A stretch of 64,000 nucleotides of DNA from Phoronis australis (GCA_002633005.1 NMRA01000050.1:1049751-1113750); one strand, 5' to 3'. Shown: positions 25,594 to 40,500, counted from the stretch's first letter. Notes: generated by a model not told the origin, from the letters alone. Made by a program: numbers and translations.

Positions 25594-28500
25594 TTGTATA
25601 TGCGTGTGTGTGTCTGTGTGTGTGTGTGTGTGTGTCTGTGTGTGTGTGTGTGTGTTTGTATATATGTGTGTGTGTGTGTTATACAACGTATATATTTGCA
25701 TATAACGAGTCAATTGGTACAAACACGTACGTTATATAGCATATTTGTCCTATACGCCCCCACAGATTGCTTTGCTTCTTTGTGCCCTTTGTCACCTTTC
25801 ACAAATGATGATCACATATTGCTTGACACGTATACGTGCACGCAATATTTTTATGAATGCATTCTTTGCAGTCTGCATGACACGGCAGTTCAATTGTACA
25901 TGTATTTTGCAACAGATTATGGCTTGGGGCGTACACTTTCTATTTTTAAGATTCTCGTCAGAGTTTGACCTAAAGCTATTTCTCATGTAAAGTTTGCTTA
26001 CACTTCTGAGGTTTGTCTTGATTTTGTTGAGTAATAACTGCACAGGACGTCCAGACGTTGTGGCTGATGTACATTCGGACGCTTCTTGAAAATGCACTAT
26101 GAGCGCGGTTCTTGTCATTTTAGGTAGATAATAGTCAGAAATTTGACATAAAATTGAAATTTTCTAAAGGTTACAGGGGTTGCAGTTATGTTTTTGGGCT
26201 CGAAGTATTCTGATTGTGTTGCGAAGGAATTTAAATCTTCATACATATTTGACCGTAGAGAACCTCATCTGGTGTAGTGCATTACATGTACATGTAGATG
26301 ACCAAAAGGAGCCATGCATCGATATTGTTTTCCTTATCCCAAACATATTTTTGCAAGTTCGAGGCTTATTGTGATTTAAGTGTTCTGTTCAGGTGCAAAA
26401 TTTCATGGTGCATGCATATTAAGAAACTTTGTCAACAGCATATCAATTTCACTTTTGTGTTGCATATTATGGTACACACATGCGAAAATATTGCAAGGTG
26501 GTGCTACTTATCACATACATATACGCGTTGAATCAGTCGAAGGAAATATGGCCATGTATTCACACCCCGCACTACTTCAACAATGACCTCTGACATGGAG
26601 GGTTCAAAAGATAGATCAATGTGGACTGGACGCCGTTAGCCGGTTCGATCATCAAACTTTCGATAATCAAACTTTCGGAAGTAGTTTAAAGTAACATAAC
26701 TGTAGGGGTGTAAATAACATTCAACATGCATCCAGGTCTCAATCGTAGACATCTGGAGCACTTCTGTTACAGTTTTCATTTGCTAAATATTACTTGGTAG
26801 GGCTATATCTTTGCAACTCTGCTGCCGATATCTCGGTAACTACCATATCAAATTTTGTTGTAATTTAACTACTTTCAGGAGATGTTTTCATCGTAGTTGT
26901 CTCTTTTCAAGTAGTAAATCGTTACATTCCAAACTGTTTCTCTTACTAGAGAAAATTTGTAACCAAATGCAAAAGTAAATACATATAGAAGTTTGTGTGC
27001 CAGGACACTATCCAGCGGGTGTGTGTCGCAGGACACTGGGGCATGTTTGGTAGTTGTTCCCCTGTCCATGAGAAGAAAATAAGGCCATCCCAGTACGCAG
27101 TAACAGTGTGGCACCTTGACTGACTCGTTAACAAAAGCAAACGACAACCGAACTTGTCACAACCGAGATAGAACATTGACTGACTCCACAGCTCTCACGG
27201 TCAGACTGTATGAAAATAAATTAGCGCGAATTTCTTGCCTCCGAAAAACTCACTTCCGGAGTAGAGGAAGAGTAATTGTTTAAATTGCCAAGAAGCTGTA
27301 GTGAACTGAAAAATATGTCTGAGATAAGCAACGAACCTTATTTTTGCTCAAAATGACGTGAAAAAGGTTCCCTTAGCCTTTAACACTTATAAATGATAAA
27401 TGTAACATTTTACGAAATTATTACATTTTACTGCGTATCACTGTGCACACATGTAAATATCACATAGACCGAGCTATGATGTACATGTAGCACTTTAAAA
27501 GCAACTACTCGCCTGGGCAGACCTCGTCTACCCGTCACGACAGTTTAATTCTGCTGGGGTGTGCGTCGGAGTGTTAGGTGCGTGATAGATTTATTTACGG
27601 ACTGGAGTTCCTGCTTAGAAAAGGGGGGCTTTGATAAAATTTGTCTCAACGTGTGTTCAAATTGTAGGCTGTAGAAGGATAAGGATTTAGTTCCTGCGAA
27701 CACATTTGACTCAATTCCGTTTTTACACCGTCCCATTCTGATGCCATATTAACATGTATTAATGCCCTCTCGTCAATCTCTTTTGTTTTCTTCATGGCGC
27801 AAATTTATTAGAAATGATTTCTGGCCTCCGTGAAACGTGTCATTTTACTGTTACTTTAGATTGTATACGTTTACACCGGTATGTAACAACCTGCGCCCAC
27901 CCACACACGGGGAAAACGGGACATTGTAGAGTATCGACTAAGTTTCGATTACATATTTGAAACCGTCGGGTCGTCTCATTTGCTTTTATTCGTGGGTCTA
28001 CCCGAAACCAGTCCATTTTGGGCGCGTCAATTGAAAAGCATGGGTAAACGCTTCCAGTGCGACGATAGACTGACGACTGATTCCTTTATTAATCTCGACC
28101 GTACGTTCACAAGCCTACTCAAAAATACGTCCGACGTATATCTGTTCTACACTCCAGCCAGTGCTGCAAAGCCTCGACTTGTGATAAACTTGTGAGACAC
28201 TTCCAGCAACTGTTACACTCGTCGACTCAATAACCTGCTGTCTCTGTAGCTGGTTCTCTGTTGACTCTTGCTGCAACTGCTGATTTTCTTCAGTGCAGCT
28301 CAACTGCTTAACTGCTTTTCTTCTGATTAACTAACTAACACAACCCGTGCTTGTGTATTTATAGACTAATGCATTGTTTCAGAACTTTTCGTCAATTCGA
28401 AAACATGCCAGAACTTTCCGGAATCTACCCAATCATTCTACAAACTACTCTATAGAATATTCCAGACAGCATCAATCACTGTCATGCTAGAGACATCAAG

Positions 28501-31500
28501 AAAGTTCCACACTAATCAGTAGTAAACATATTACATCACCACTGTACTGACCTCAGTCTACTAGAAAGTCCCATACTATTCTAGTAAACAAATTACATCA
28601 TCACTGTTCTCAACTCAGGGCTCACGCCAGTCAAACAAAACAACAAAACAAAACCATACCACTAAAAACAGTTTATATTTTGACATACATGCACTGTGCA
28701 TTTGGCTTCAAAAGTTGCCTCCTATTTTCATATAGAAGCTGACATCCTGCCAAGTTACATTTTGACCTTTTCAGTAGATTTAAAACAGAAATAAAACATG
28801 TTTTACTTCCATGAAATCGGTATCTTAAAGGTGATCATTCAGTGTAAATATCAAGGTCATGTTTTTGCGTGATAGCTGGTTTAGCAACAACCACATGTGC
28901 GTACTTTTATAAAAGGGTGCATGGTTTTAAAGAACTTGTCATGTGTTCAGTTTTAGAATTACTATTGACATTAACACAGGTTATGCGAAAGTAACGTAAC
29001 GTTGTTCTTTAAAAATATTTGACATGGTAAACAGATAGTAGATTTGATAATTATGTGTGAAAATGTGTTAGTTCAAAGTTCCCCGATGAGTAGTTAAGAT
29101 GTAGAGTGAAGTTAGTGATTGTGAAACTTGTTATAACTTGTTCATTGTTTCTGCAGGGCATGACAGCACTACATGGGGCAGTAAAGGAGGGCAGACCAGA
29201 GATGGTGAGAGTGTTGCTAAGGGGTGGGGCCGATGTAGACGCCCGAGACAGGGTAACAGACTTTCCTTGAGACGATCTTAAAATTGACACAATATTATCT
29301 TTGTTGAAAAAGCTTTATTGTATCTCAATTACGTGTATAAATGTGTTATTTCAAATTTCCGTAAAGAGTAATTATGATGCATGGTGTACATGTAGTCAGT
29401 GATTTTGAAGCTTGCCATCACTTTTGCAGGACGGCACTACGGCACTACTCGGGGCTGTGATGAACGGTAGCCCAGAGGTAGTCAAAGTGTTGCTAAAGGG
29501 TGGAGCCGATGTAGACGCCCGAGACGAGGTAATAGAAACATCTTGGGTAGATTTAAGAATTAGGGCATTTTCGTCTTTGCTACAAAAGTTGTAGGCTACC
29601 TGAAGTTTAACTGAACACTTTTTTTGTAAACACACGTTTTATTTTGCGTGATTTTGACACGCATTTGTTATTCTTTACCCAATACATTCATCTTGAGTAA
29701 CAGTGACGTTTGAATCTATTTGGCGACTTAACGTGGATACATTTCTTTTCTTAATCGTATTTGTCCTTTCAACATTTCAACTTTGTATTACTGTAAACAA
29801 GAAGCCAGTAAACAAAGCATGGAGAGATAGCTGTGAAGGTATGTAGGTCCTCAATAATTTTGGCGGTCGACGTCTGCAGCATAACTTGTTTAACTCCAAT
29901 GTTTTATAATCGCTTCTAACAATTGAGCGTTGAAATTATTACAAGTAGTGAAACGTCTTAGAGCGTTCAAAGGTGTTTTGTTTATATAACCTTACAGGTT
30001 CACTTTCCTCTGTGGATGATAATTTGTTCTAAACAGTGATCGTCCATTTACATATCTCTACTAAAATTGAATATTACATAGGATGGCTCGACACCGTTGC
30101 ACGAGGCGGCAAGGTGTGGTCATACAAAGATAGTAGAGCTGTTGGTAAAAAACAAGGCCACCCTGGATGTGCGTGATCAGGTAAATAAAGACACACACAT
30201 TTAGTTGAAATACTTGTTTACACATCAATGATTGAAACCGTTCACGAATAAATTTTGTTGGTGTTTTTACAATCTGATTTCTCTGAACGATGTCAAATTA
30301 AAGGTCGATTGTTTTTCGTACGTGAACCGCGAAGATGCGCATATTCGTAAAGACAGTGCTGGTTGACTTACTTGTACCTGTTCAGCTGTAAATCATCCCT
30401 ATTTTGTTAGAACAAGTTGTTACCATACAAGTTCACTTTCCCCGTGGATGTTAATTTGCTCTAAACGTTGATCGTCCATTCGCATGTCTTCATTATATCA
30501 ATACACTGCATTTCATAGTTGGGGTCGACACCGCTGCACGAAGCAGCAGAGGGTGGTGAAACACAAATAGTGGAGTTGCTATTGGCCAACAAGTGCAACG
30601 TGGATGTCCGTGATCAGGTAATTAATGGCACAGGTAGTTGGGTAGAACTAGCTATTTATACAACGATTAAAACTATTTAAGGACAAATTTTGTTGATACT
30701 TTCACAGTTGGATGTGCTTAAACAATGTCAAGTTAAATATCGTCTGCTTTTGACTTGAGAACCTCCAAAGCTGCATAGAATCGTAGATACAGTAGTGGGT
30801 GACTTTCCTGCTCAGATGCTAGTTACATGTAAGTGTCCCAACTTTCTTGGAACAAATTGAAGATCGCCTGCTTTTCATAGTCAGCGTACAAGTTCACTTT
30901 CCCCGTAGTTGTTAATTTGCTTAAAACGTAAGTCGCCCATTCACACATCTCCACTATAAATTACATAGGATGGTCAGACGCCGCTATACTGGGCTGCACG
31001 GTATGGTCATACACAGACAGTGGAATTGTTGGTGGCCAACAAGGCCACGGTGGATGTCCATAAGGTAATTGAGGACACACAGGTTGTATGGTTGGACCAG
31101 TTGTTTACACAACAAATGACTAAAACAGTTTAGGAAAAGTTCTGTTGATATTTTTCACAATCTATTATCTTTAAACAATGTCGACTCCAATGTCGTCTGC
31201 TTTCGATTCGTGAACAGCCAAAGCTGAGTGGACTCGAAGAGAAAATGCAATTTGACTTAGCTATACAGGCGAAATGATATCTATATAAGGTAACTAAATT
31301 GTACCTAATACGTTACAAAAAATTGAAGAAGGTCTGATTTTGATTGCCACCTTACAAGTTAATTTCTTCGTTGGATGTTAATTTGCTCTAAACATTAATC
31401 GTTCATTCACACATCTCCAATATATGTGTATACTACATAGGAAGGCGAGACACCGCTGCATATGGCAGCAGAGCGTGGTCATACTCAGGTGGTCCAGTGT

Positions 31501-34500
31501 CTGCTCCAATACGGGGCCAGCGTTAATGTCCGTAATAAGGTAATTTATGACACACAGGTTGTTTGGTTGAAGAACTCGTTTACATAACGATGATGAACAC
31601 AGAAACGTGACAAGGATGCATCACTGGTTAATTAATTAATCAGTCACGGTTGGTGGTTTCAATGTAAACGTTGATATTTCGCCTTGCACTCCAGGTGATG
31701 TGCACGTGAGTGATGTGTACGCCATTTTAAGTAATGAGAAACAGTTGTACAATGAGTTGGTCCTTGTGTTTCCACAGCACGCACTAAATGAATGTCACTC
31801 TGTTGTAATATAGCTTCTTGTTTATGGGGTGGACTTTAAATCCAAAGCGAGGCTCACTGCCATAAACAAAGCAAAAGTTGGCAATGCACGAGTGTTTCGA
31901 ATTTAACCTGGATTTTAAATCCTAAAATTTTGGAACTAATTAACCACAGAGATGTAGAAATTATATTAGGGAACATGTAAATGCACCAAAGAGTTGTCTT
32001 ACGAAAGTGTTTAAGTTGTCTTCGTAAAACCACGTTTAAAACTTGAAAAGTAAATATGACCAAGTTGCAGCGATAGCGTCAAGGATTAGGTTTATGCTGA
32101 ACACGGGTAGTCAGGTTTGCTGTGTGGTATTGTTGGACTTTGATAGGGAAAATGGAAACTATAATTTTTTGGAAACCTCATGAATGACAAATCAGAAAAT
32201 AATTTATTCCGTTTTTGGGACCATCTTGGGGGACATCTTGGATTTTCAAAAATGGCGCCGGTGAAATGGATTTTGCACAATGTCGCCACTTTTGGGTCAC
32301 TAAGAATGTTGTTTTTATGGCCACACCTGCATTTCTGAGGTCAAGGAATGGGAAATTTTATAGGCGGCCATCTTGGCTTTTTAAAAATGGCGCCCGCAAA
32401 ACATATTTTCCTAATTATCGTTGCTCGTGGGTCACCTAGATTGTTCGTTTTAATGACTGCACCAACATTTTCGAGGTAAAAATGTAGCTTATTAAAAGTG
32501 AAACATAATCAAAACCCCATTTATTAGCAGCCATATTTTCTAAATGCATACTTCATGAAATCCAAATGTTATGATCACTATCTTACTTTCTTGTATATTT
32601 TGTTGGGAACTTGTTTCCTTGAAGACCCTTAAACTAAGTCTGTATCTAAACCACTTATTTACGTTAGCAGAACACGATATTTTGTAGTGTCAATACTCTT
32701 TCAAAACTTTGAAATCAGTCTATACATCCATACTATAGCTGTCACTGCCATAACTGTCACCAGGAATAATATCATTATCACCATCCTGGCATTCTGCACT
32801 ACACTGACGTACATCTGTGTAAGGTAGGTCCTGTGATCGACATCTTTGTCCTTGTAAATTCGTTGTGCAATAGGTCAAGGAACTCATGTCGAGCAATGGC
32901 TGCCTGGCGCCACACTCTGGCTTGAAAAAAACACCTTCAACACATGCTGTTTCAAAGCACCAATGGTTGGTGGACGTTTGTTGCTGTCTGTCGTATGTTT
33001 ACAGAAGAGATACCATCTTATCGCTGGTATATTATTTGTGTCCATGCCCTGTAGTGAGTATACATATGTAAAAGGTGGCCAAATGCAGAAAGAGGTTCCC
33101 TTGTTACTTCTTTAGCAGTATAGAGAGTCTGAAGTGCATCGATATCATCAGTTTTCGCCTTCAAGTATATATTCAACCTACAGAATGGACCGGTGTTGTC
33201 TGTCCCTGTTAAACCATGGAAAGCCGGAAGAACTCTTCCCCGGCAGCACCTAACGTAATGCTGTCCTTATTGGATCCCAGATGCCATTTGACAGAATTAT
33301 TTCTGAGAAGACTGTCATAGTAGGCAGTAGGTCAGGTGAAAAAAAAACATCAGATGAGAATAGGGCACCTTTTGATGTGATGCTAGACCGGCATGATGTA
33401 TTAGAAATATATCTGCTTTTTCTTCTAAACGTAGATCACGTAGGTTGCTCGTTGTGCATCCTAAAGCTCAAGTTATGACTGTCTTGGCAGAGTCTTTGTT
33501 TTATTTGAGGGTCTCTGCAGATATTCCGTACGATGAGCCTTTTTTGGTCTTGGGAGAGGAAACGGCTCATTGGGATGTTCTGTATGTAAGTTTCATCTCT
33601 TATCTGGTACTGTATTTTACCCTTTCTCTGCCTCCATTTTTGTCTTCTGGCTAGTTTCAAAGAGTTGTCATTTTGTATGTCAGAAAGCGAGAATTATGAT
33701 CTCCAGTTAAGATCATCACTTCCATACAGTGCACACGTGCAGTTTTGTGGCTTGGTGTGAACACACTCAGTGGATGTCGTTTATATGTTTTCTGGATCTA
33801 AAACCTCTCTTGCAGCTTTAGGACTGTCCTGTTCTAAGACGTCTGCTTCGGAAAGTTTCTGCAGAGGGTTGATTCGATTAGACTTGTCTGTACACGTCAG
33901 CATTGCCCTTCTGGCAGCAAAGATTGCTCTTGGTGCTAGGGTGAATTCATAGTGGCTGATAGCATGTTTCTGGTCGATTTGCCTATATGACTTGACAAGT
34001 ACCAGCAGCCTATCATATACGCTCATGGTCTCCTTGAGATTCAGGGTGACGTCACGGTATTTCATGGCTGCTTTTTCGTGTCGTGAAATGAACATCTTAT
34101 TTTTCAGCATTGTGACTGATGACCAAAGGCTGTTATCTTTATTGAATCTCTGACTTTGCCAACAACATACGAAATCTTTGATTCATGCTATTATGGGACA
34201 TTGGCGTGTGTGATCATGTCTCACAACTGGTCACCCTGCACGACAGCTGGACTGTCATGGCTGAGTAGAATTTGTCTAGTTGTTGCTATGCCAAAAACGT
34301 CGGCTTCTATCCAGGCATCATCTATGTCGAATTCTCTATGGACGTCCGAAGCAAACTCAGAGATGTCATTTTAGCATGGCTTGCAATTCTCCAATTCTTG
34401 GGTTCACTGTTTGCTTCCGGTCTGGAGCTGAACAACCCTCTGGTATAGACCCATATCACATGAAATGACAGTTGGGTGAGCTTCGTCAACAATCAGCCTC

Positions 34501-37500
34501 CTGAATTGGCTCGTCTGCATAACAACTGTTACCAGGGTCGACCACTCATGGGCCAGCTCTGGATGAAGTGATAAGGCACCAAACACGGTGCGAGACTGGC
34601 TTGTAGGGATCAGTGATTTTAGCCTGCCCCTCATGCTACAACTCCTATTGTTCTCGTCAGAGATCCTCAGGGGGTTACTGCCAAAATTATCTGCGATCCG
34701 ACTGTCAAAGGCAAAATGTATTTCCAATGAATAGAGAACTTGATTCCAAAGTGAAGAGTGGAAATAATATTGAAATCTTCAAAATATATGTCTCAAATGT
34801 CTTTTTAAAACGATATAGATACATGTATGTACGTACATGTATACCGTAAATAAAGGCTAATCTTCGTTTTAGCGATTCCTTCAAATATTCTGGTGGTTCG
34901 TAACTGCTATCAAAAATCATTTAGATTATATATCAATTTAGAAATAGTGTTTTTCAATTCCATACCCAAGAAATGTGGGCGCTGCCATTAAAACTAGCAT
35001 TCTAAGTCACCCAAGAGCAGAGATACTGAGAAAAAATGTATTTTACGAGCGTGATTTTTGAAATTCCAAGTTGGCCGCTAAGATGACCACCTATAAAATT
35101 AAAATCTCCAATTCGTTAACCTCAGAACTGCAGGTGTAGACCCAAAAACTAACACTCTCAGTGACATCTGGCCTGATATGATGGGCAAAAACAATTTTAC
35201 CGGCGCCATTTTTGAAAATCCAAGATGGCCGCCAGGAAGGCCACCAAACATGGAATCAATTATTTTCCAAAAAAATATAGTTTCTTTTTTCCCGAAAAAG
35301 TTCCAACCGATGTCATAATTTGGACATAGTGAACCTAACTAGGGGTTACGTTTTATCTTGTAAATTGTTGCTTTCTACACGAACCGGGTTACATGCTCAT
35401 ATTTTTGTCGAGTTTAAAATATGTTTGACAGTGTTGACTCATCGCATGTTTAGTCATGTGCAAGTCACATCTGGATTAATTTGTTAACCAACTTAACATC
35501 AAGCTTAGCCTAGGCACTGGTGGTGAGGTGGGATCTAACAGGACTAACAGTTGATCTGTAGTTGATCTGCAAGAATGGTTGATGTTATTAAAACTATTTT
35601 TTATTAAAATAAAAAACCAACCCGGTAGTTGAACCTAAATATTATTTGACCACAAATTCTGCTCTCTTGGATTTTAATAAGTCTTAGATCTATTTCTTGT
35701 GTCAGGTTTCAAATATTAATCTAGACAAAGTGAATTTTAAAATTAAAACACCTAGTTTATTCGTCCAAAGCCTAACCTGAAAAATAACACATCTCTATCT
35801 AGAGCTCAATTTCAATTAATTGGGAACAGTAAGCATAGTTATCGTATTCCTTCAGGGTCCTCGTAGTTTAAATTTTTATCATGAACTATTCAGTACAATA
35901 AATATGCATACGGAGAAACGGCCTAGAAGCATTGTACCTGGGTTAAATCATTACAAACAGATTTATATTCAATTTTTATACACAAATACATGAACGAAAA
36001 ACCTCATTCATCCAAGGGAAAAAGTGCCTGTGCCTTCTGGGATCTTTTCGCCGGGTGAGGGAGGCATTCGGCCACCCGGTCACCATCATTGGAACCTTTC
36101 CTGTAGCAAACTTTCATAAGCCATGTCTCAAGAAGCATTCTGTGCTCTTTCAAATTGGGGGACACTAGTGATTTGAATTCCTGTCCTGTTCTTTTTAGAA
36201 AGAAAGGTATTATGTTTCCACCCGTAGTCATGAAAATACAGAATGGCTGCACGAAGATTCACCGGTCGCTGACATGATGCTCTGCAACTGAGATGCGCCA
36301 AAATGTGACCAATCTTTCGAAAACATTCCCGGAAATATTTTCTTCCTTCGCGGCGTATGGCAACGACCTAACGCTTCAGAATCTCAACGTTTTAGGGGGG
36401 ATAAAAAGTCAGTTGAATGTTTTCTACAGCTGTTGGAGCATCGCGGAACCGTTGACAACACTGACCATTAGCCATTTAACGGAGCTATCGTATTGAGACT
36501 CGTTTTGGAGTGAGTTTTCTGTTTGCGTGAATTAGGAGTATATAAAAATCTTTTAAATTACGTGGCTACAACACATCAGACCGTTAAGTAATTTCGCTGA
36601 AATTATATCCGAATGTCAGATTTTAGTCTCGCCCCGTTGACCCACACACTTCACAATGTAAAATGCTGACCAACATGTTCTCGTCTTTGTAGTGGGGTGA
36701 CACAGCACTGCATCGGGCGGCAGAACATGGACATACAGAAGTAGTGAAACTACTGTTCATGGAAGGCACATGTGACGTTAGTGCCGTCAACAAGGTAGGG
36801 CAAGAGTGCTGTACTTGATGTTTAGTTGAGACTGCTATGATTATCTTTTTTAATTGAGCACTGGGTTCGATGACTTATTCACTTGTAATAAATATCTCAT
36901 GAAAAAAGACTTGCCTCCTTTGTGAAGTCACTTTGTTACTGAGTGTATGTTCCCAGAACACTCACCAAACCAAAACCGCTAGTCTGATCGTAATATAGCA
37001 CAAAAACGGACAAACCACGCCATAAATAGCCGACAACAAACACACGTGGTTTTCTCACCACATTTAAGAACGTTTTGATCAAGTTTACTCTAAAACAAAA
37101 ATTACTTAAAAATCAATTTCTTAAAATCTCGTAACCCGATGACTTGTTTTTAATCCCGCCATGCCTTGCTTTATAGATTCTGTGCGTGAATTGGTCAAAG
37201 TCCATCCTTTCAAATGAAAAAAACACTTTTTCACGGTTTCTGAAGCCTGCGTATACTAAACCCTAGGAAAGCGGAGTTCCCACTATAAATCAAAGGTCTG
37301 TGCGCATGTTCTTTATAATGTGTCTACATGGTAATTTGCTTATGATTGTTACGTGAATTTTCTTGTAGGAAACACAGTCTCGTGTTTCCGACTTTTTTCG
37401 GAATGTTACACTACACTTTTTAAACTTTTTCCTACCTCCGTCAAATTGTAGCAGTTTTGACGCACGGCAAAACTGACATATCACCACGCACCATAGCAAT

Positions 37501-40500
37501 ACAGTATTATCCATTTTTCCCCAAAAAAATGAGAATTTTCATATTTTGTTCCTGCACCCAGAACTTCTCGTTCACTAAAAAGCAAAAAGTCCGTTCGACA
37601 CAAAATGCTGTGGAGTCAGTTTTGTTTGTTGCAGCGATTGTTCCAACCCTTTTGATGTATACACAGATGTACGGCTTTTTATTCGAGTGCTTCACTTTTC
37701 AATTCGGTTATCCCGTTTTTCCATTTTCGGCAAATGTTGACAAATTAAATAGTCAGCAGATTTTCGAAAGAACATTGCCTCTTTGTTACGAATATTGGTG
37801 TATTGTTATTTTTGGTATTCAAATTTCTTTTCTAACAAAACAAACTTTAAAATATGTTGCAAAGTCTCTTGCACTCGTAAATAGTCAGTCAAATACTTTG
37901 AACAAAGCACTTGTTCAGGATGCTGTCTAGACTTGAGAATGTGACATAACGTGACGCTATTTAACATTTTACCCAGCCCAACCTATGAACTAATTAATCA
38001 ATACGCTGTACAGCAGGAACACTTTCGCGTGGTTTCAAAAGCAATATCTATCTATTAGAGCATTATGTACTTTTTTCAATGATAAAGGATATTGCATACT
38101 CGCGCATCATTTGATTTTAATTTAGCACAAAATGTAATTCAGTTTTGTGCTATAGCTCTCACAGTCTGACGGTATGAAAAGAAATTGGCGCGAAATTATC
38201 GCCTCCTAAAACGTCACTTCCAGAGTAGAGGACGAGAAATTAATTAAATTACGAGAAGCTGTAATTAAGTGAAAAATATGTCTGGGATAATCAACAGACT
38301 TTATTTTTGCTAAAAGTGACATGAAAAAAGGTTTTCTTCGCCTTTAAATGCTACAGTGAACCTGTTAAACTATATCTTTGATAACTTTGGGGATTCGCAT
38401 TTACCCTAAGATACAGTTTGAGGTTAATGCCCAAGGAGTTGTATTGATGCCATTGTCTTCATATGAAATGGTCAATAGTCATATAACAGTATATGCAGTA
38501 TAAGTGAGAAAACTTTTCCTGGTAACATTTTCATTGGACCGGATTCAAGTTAGTTGCAATCTTCACCACAGGCTCAGACCTGGTTTGAGCTAGGGTCTCC
38601 GAAAATAACTTGGTGTCCAGCTAACAGGTGGCGCTGTTCCAAAATGTGTGACTAGGTAAATTACACTAGGACGGACATCTTGGGATATAGTATCTTTTTT
38701 CAAAGTTAGACTAAGCGTTCTCTTTTGCTGCCTTATGTCTTAATGAAGCACACCTTCCAGTTATTTCCAAAATATAATTTGTTTGACGGGTCCCTTTAGT
38801 CCAACATGTCCCACTTTGACGGGTGTTAAGTAATTCTATGTTCTACATTGTCCTTCATATGTCTCGTTAGCTACAATATATCATTTTCTTTTAACTTCTT
38901 GGGGTTTGCAGTGACCCAGTGTAAACTTGTGTATATCCATGTTCACAGGAGGAAAAAACTGCGTTCGACGTTTGTGGAAAAGGTTCCTCTACAGGCAAAG
39001 ATGAGATCAAGAAAATTAAAGCTATGCTAAAGGTACACGCAGATAAGAGTGGTTCGGATGCGTGTCATCGCTGTGGTGGCGATTAGCATACATGTATGCC
39101 CGCACTGCTGCCACCTGCTGTCGAATGATCCGCTTGGACTCGCTGATTTCGGCCATATTTCTATATAATTGTTCCTAACTCAAATGAGGGGTGATTTTTG
39201 ACTGCAACAAACTGATAGTACGCTATTCGTTGAGACCATGCTCGGTGTTTAAAGTTGATCTTAAGAAATATCCAACCGTGAATTCTTTGAAAATCCTGAC
39301 GAAGAAAAAGTTGATGACGCATGGTTGCTTGCTGTAGAACTTTTAGACCGTTAGAAAGACAGTCAGATTGAAAGATATTCGAATGTCATTTTCAGAAACA
39401 AATGGATATGAAACACGAATGTGCTATTGAAGTTCGATCACATGCATCAGACGGAGCGACTGCGGGTTCATCCGACCAAACATTAGGAGTGACTGCTCAA
39501 ACGACTGAGGAGCAGCTTAGTGCAGTACTTCAAGTTTTTACCAAATCAAAAGGCAAACCTATCGCCGACGGTGAATGGGATGTCAACCTGAAAGTAAAAT
39601 CGCGAAATGACGGCACATTGGACATATTGGGCGTGGATACAAAGCTGTCGGGTAATTCACTAGTTCCATGGAGAAATTAAGATTGATCTCTTAATGTGTG
39701 TTTTAGTGAAAATATCGGAAGTGTGAAATTTTAACAAACTTCTCCGTATGTAAAGTACACTACTTTACATGTATGTTTTTCAGATTACTTTCCACTCATA
39801 CAGCCTCCTTCACCGCCCACAGCCTCTACCACACTGTTCCATGATGTTAATAAGAAGGTGATGTTGGCGCACTTACACCAGTCTTTAGCAGATGCGCTCC
39901 CGTCTGTCGTTCTACTTGCAAGGTCGGATGGGTATGGATTGGGATCTGGGTTCCGCGTTGGTCCAACCTACGTCATGACGAATTGCCATGTTGTGGAACT
40001 GCTGAGTGACCCGCGTAAGTACAAGCAGATACTAGATACAGTGGTTTGTCACTATTCGGAGACTCTAACAGAGTGCCTTTTTGAAACCTAGGTTCAATAG
40101 CCGCATGTCTATTTATACATGTATGAGAGGCGTACTTTTGTCATTCACAAGCCCCGCCCCCCTCCCCGGATAGACTGCTACATGTACATCTAAAATACTG
40201 TGTGAAGGGATCCACACAGACCTCTTGTTGAAAATGCTTTTTGAATAAGATCTACATGTTCTACTTTACGCTCACATTGGAATATTTCATTAATTGACTG
40301 TTGCTTATTCTGGGGAGAATTTCACTCGCACATCGTCACCACTCAGATTCCCTAAACCCAGATAAAATGCTTGATGCCTATTCAGCACGCCCTTTGTATT
40401 GATGCAGATCTGAGTTAATGAAGTGGAAAGATAATAGGTGGCACTTCTGTCTCAACAATGATGGTTGTTTTTACACCAAAACTGGTTTTCTAGTGAATTT

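Noticed and set aside
25402-25968. Cys/Val- and His/Thr-rich ORFs
   Set aside because: These are translations of the (TG)n microsatellite.
36004-36252. Possible MADF/Myb-like remnant of a Harbinger element (minus strand)
   Set aside because: Only a vague resemblance; no TIR pair or diagnostic motif confirmed.
37457-37930. 157-aa hydrophobic ORF
   Set aside because: Intronic, T-rich, non-ATG start, no domain.
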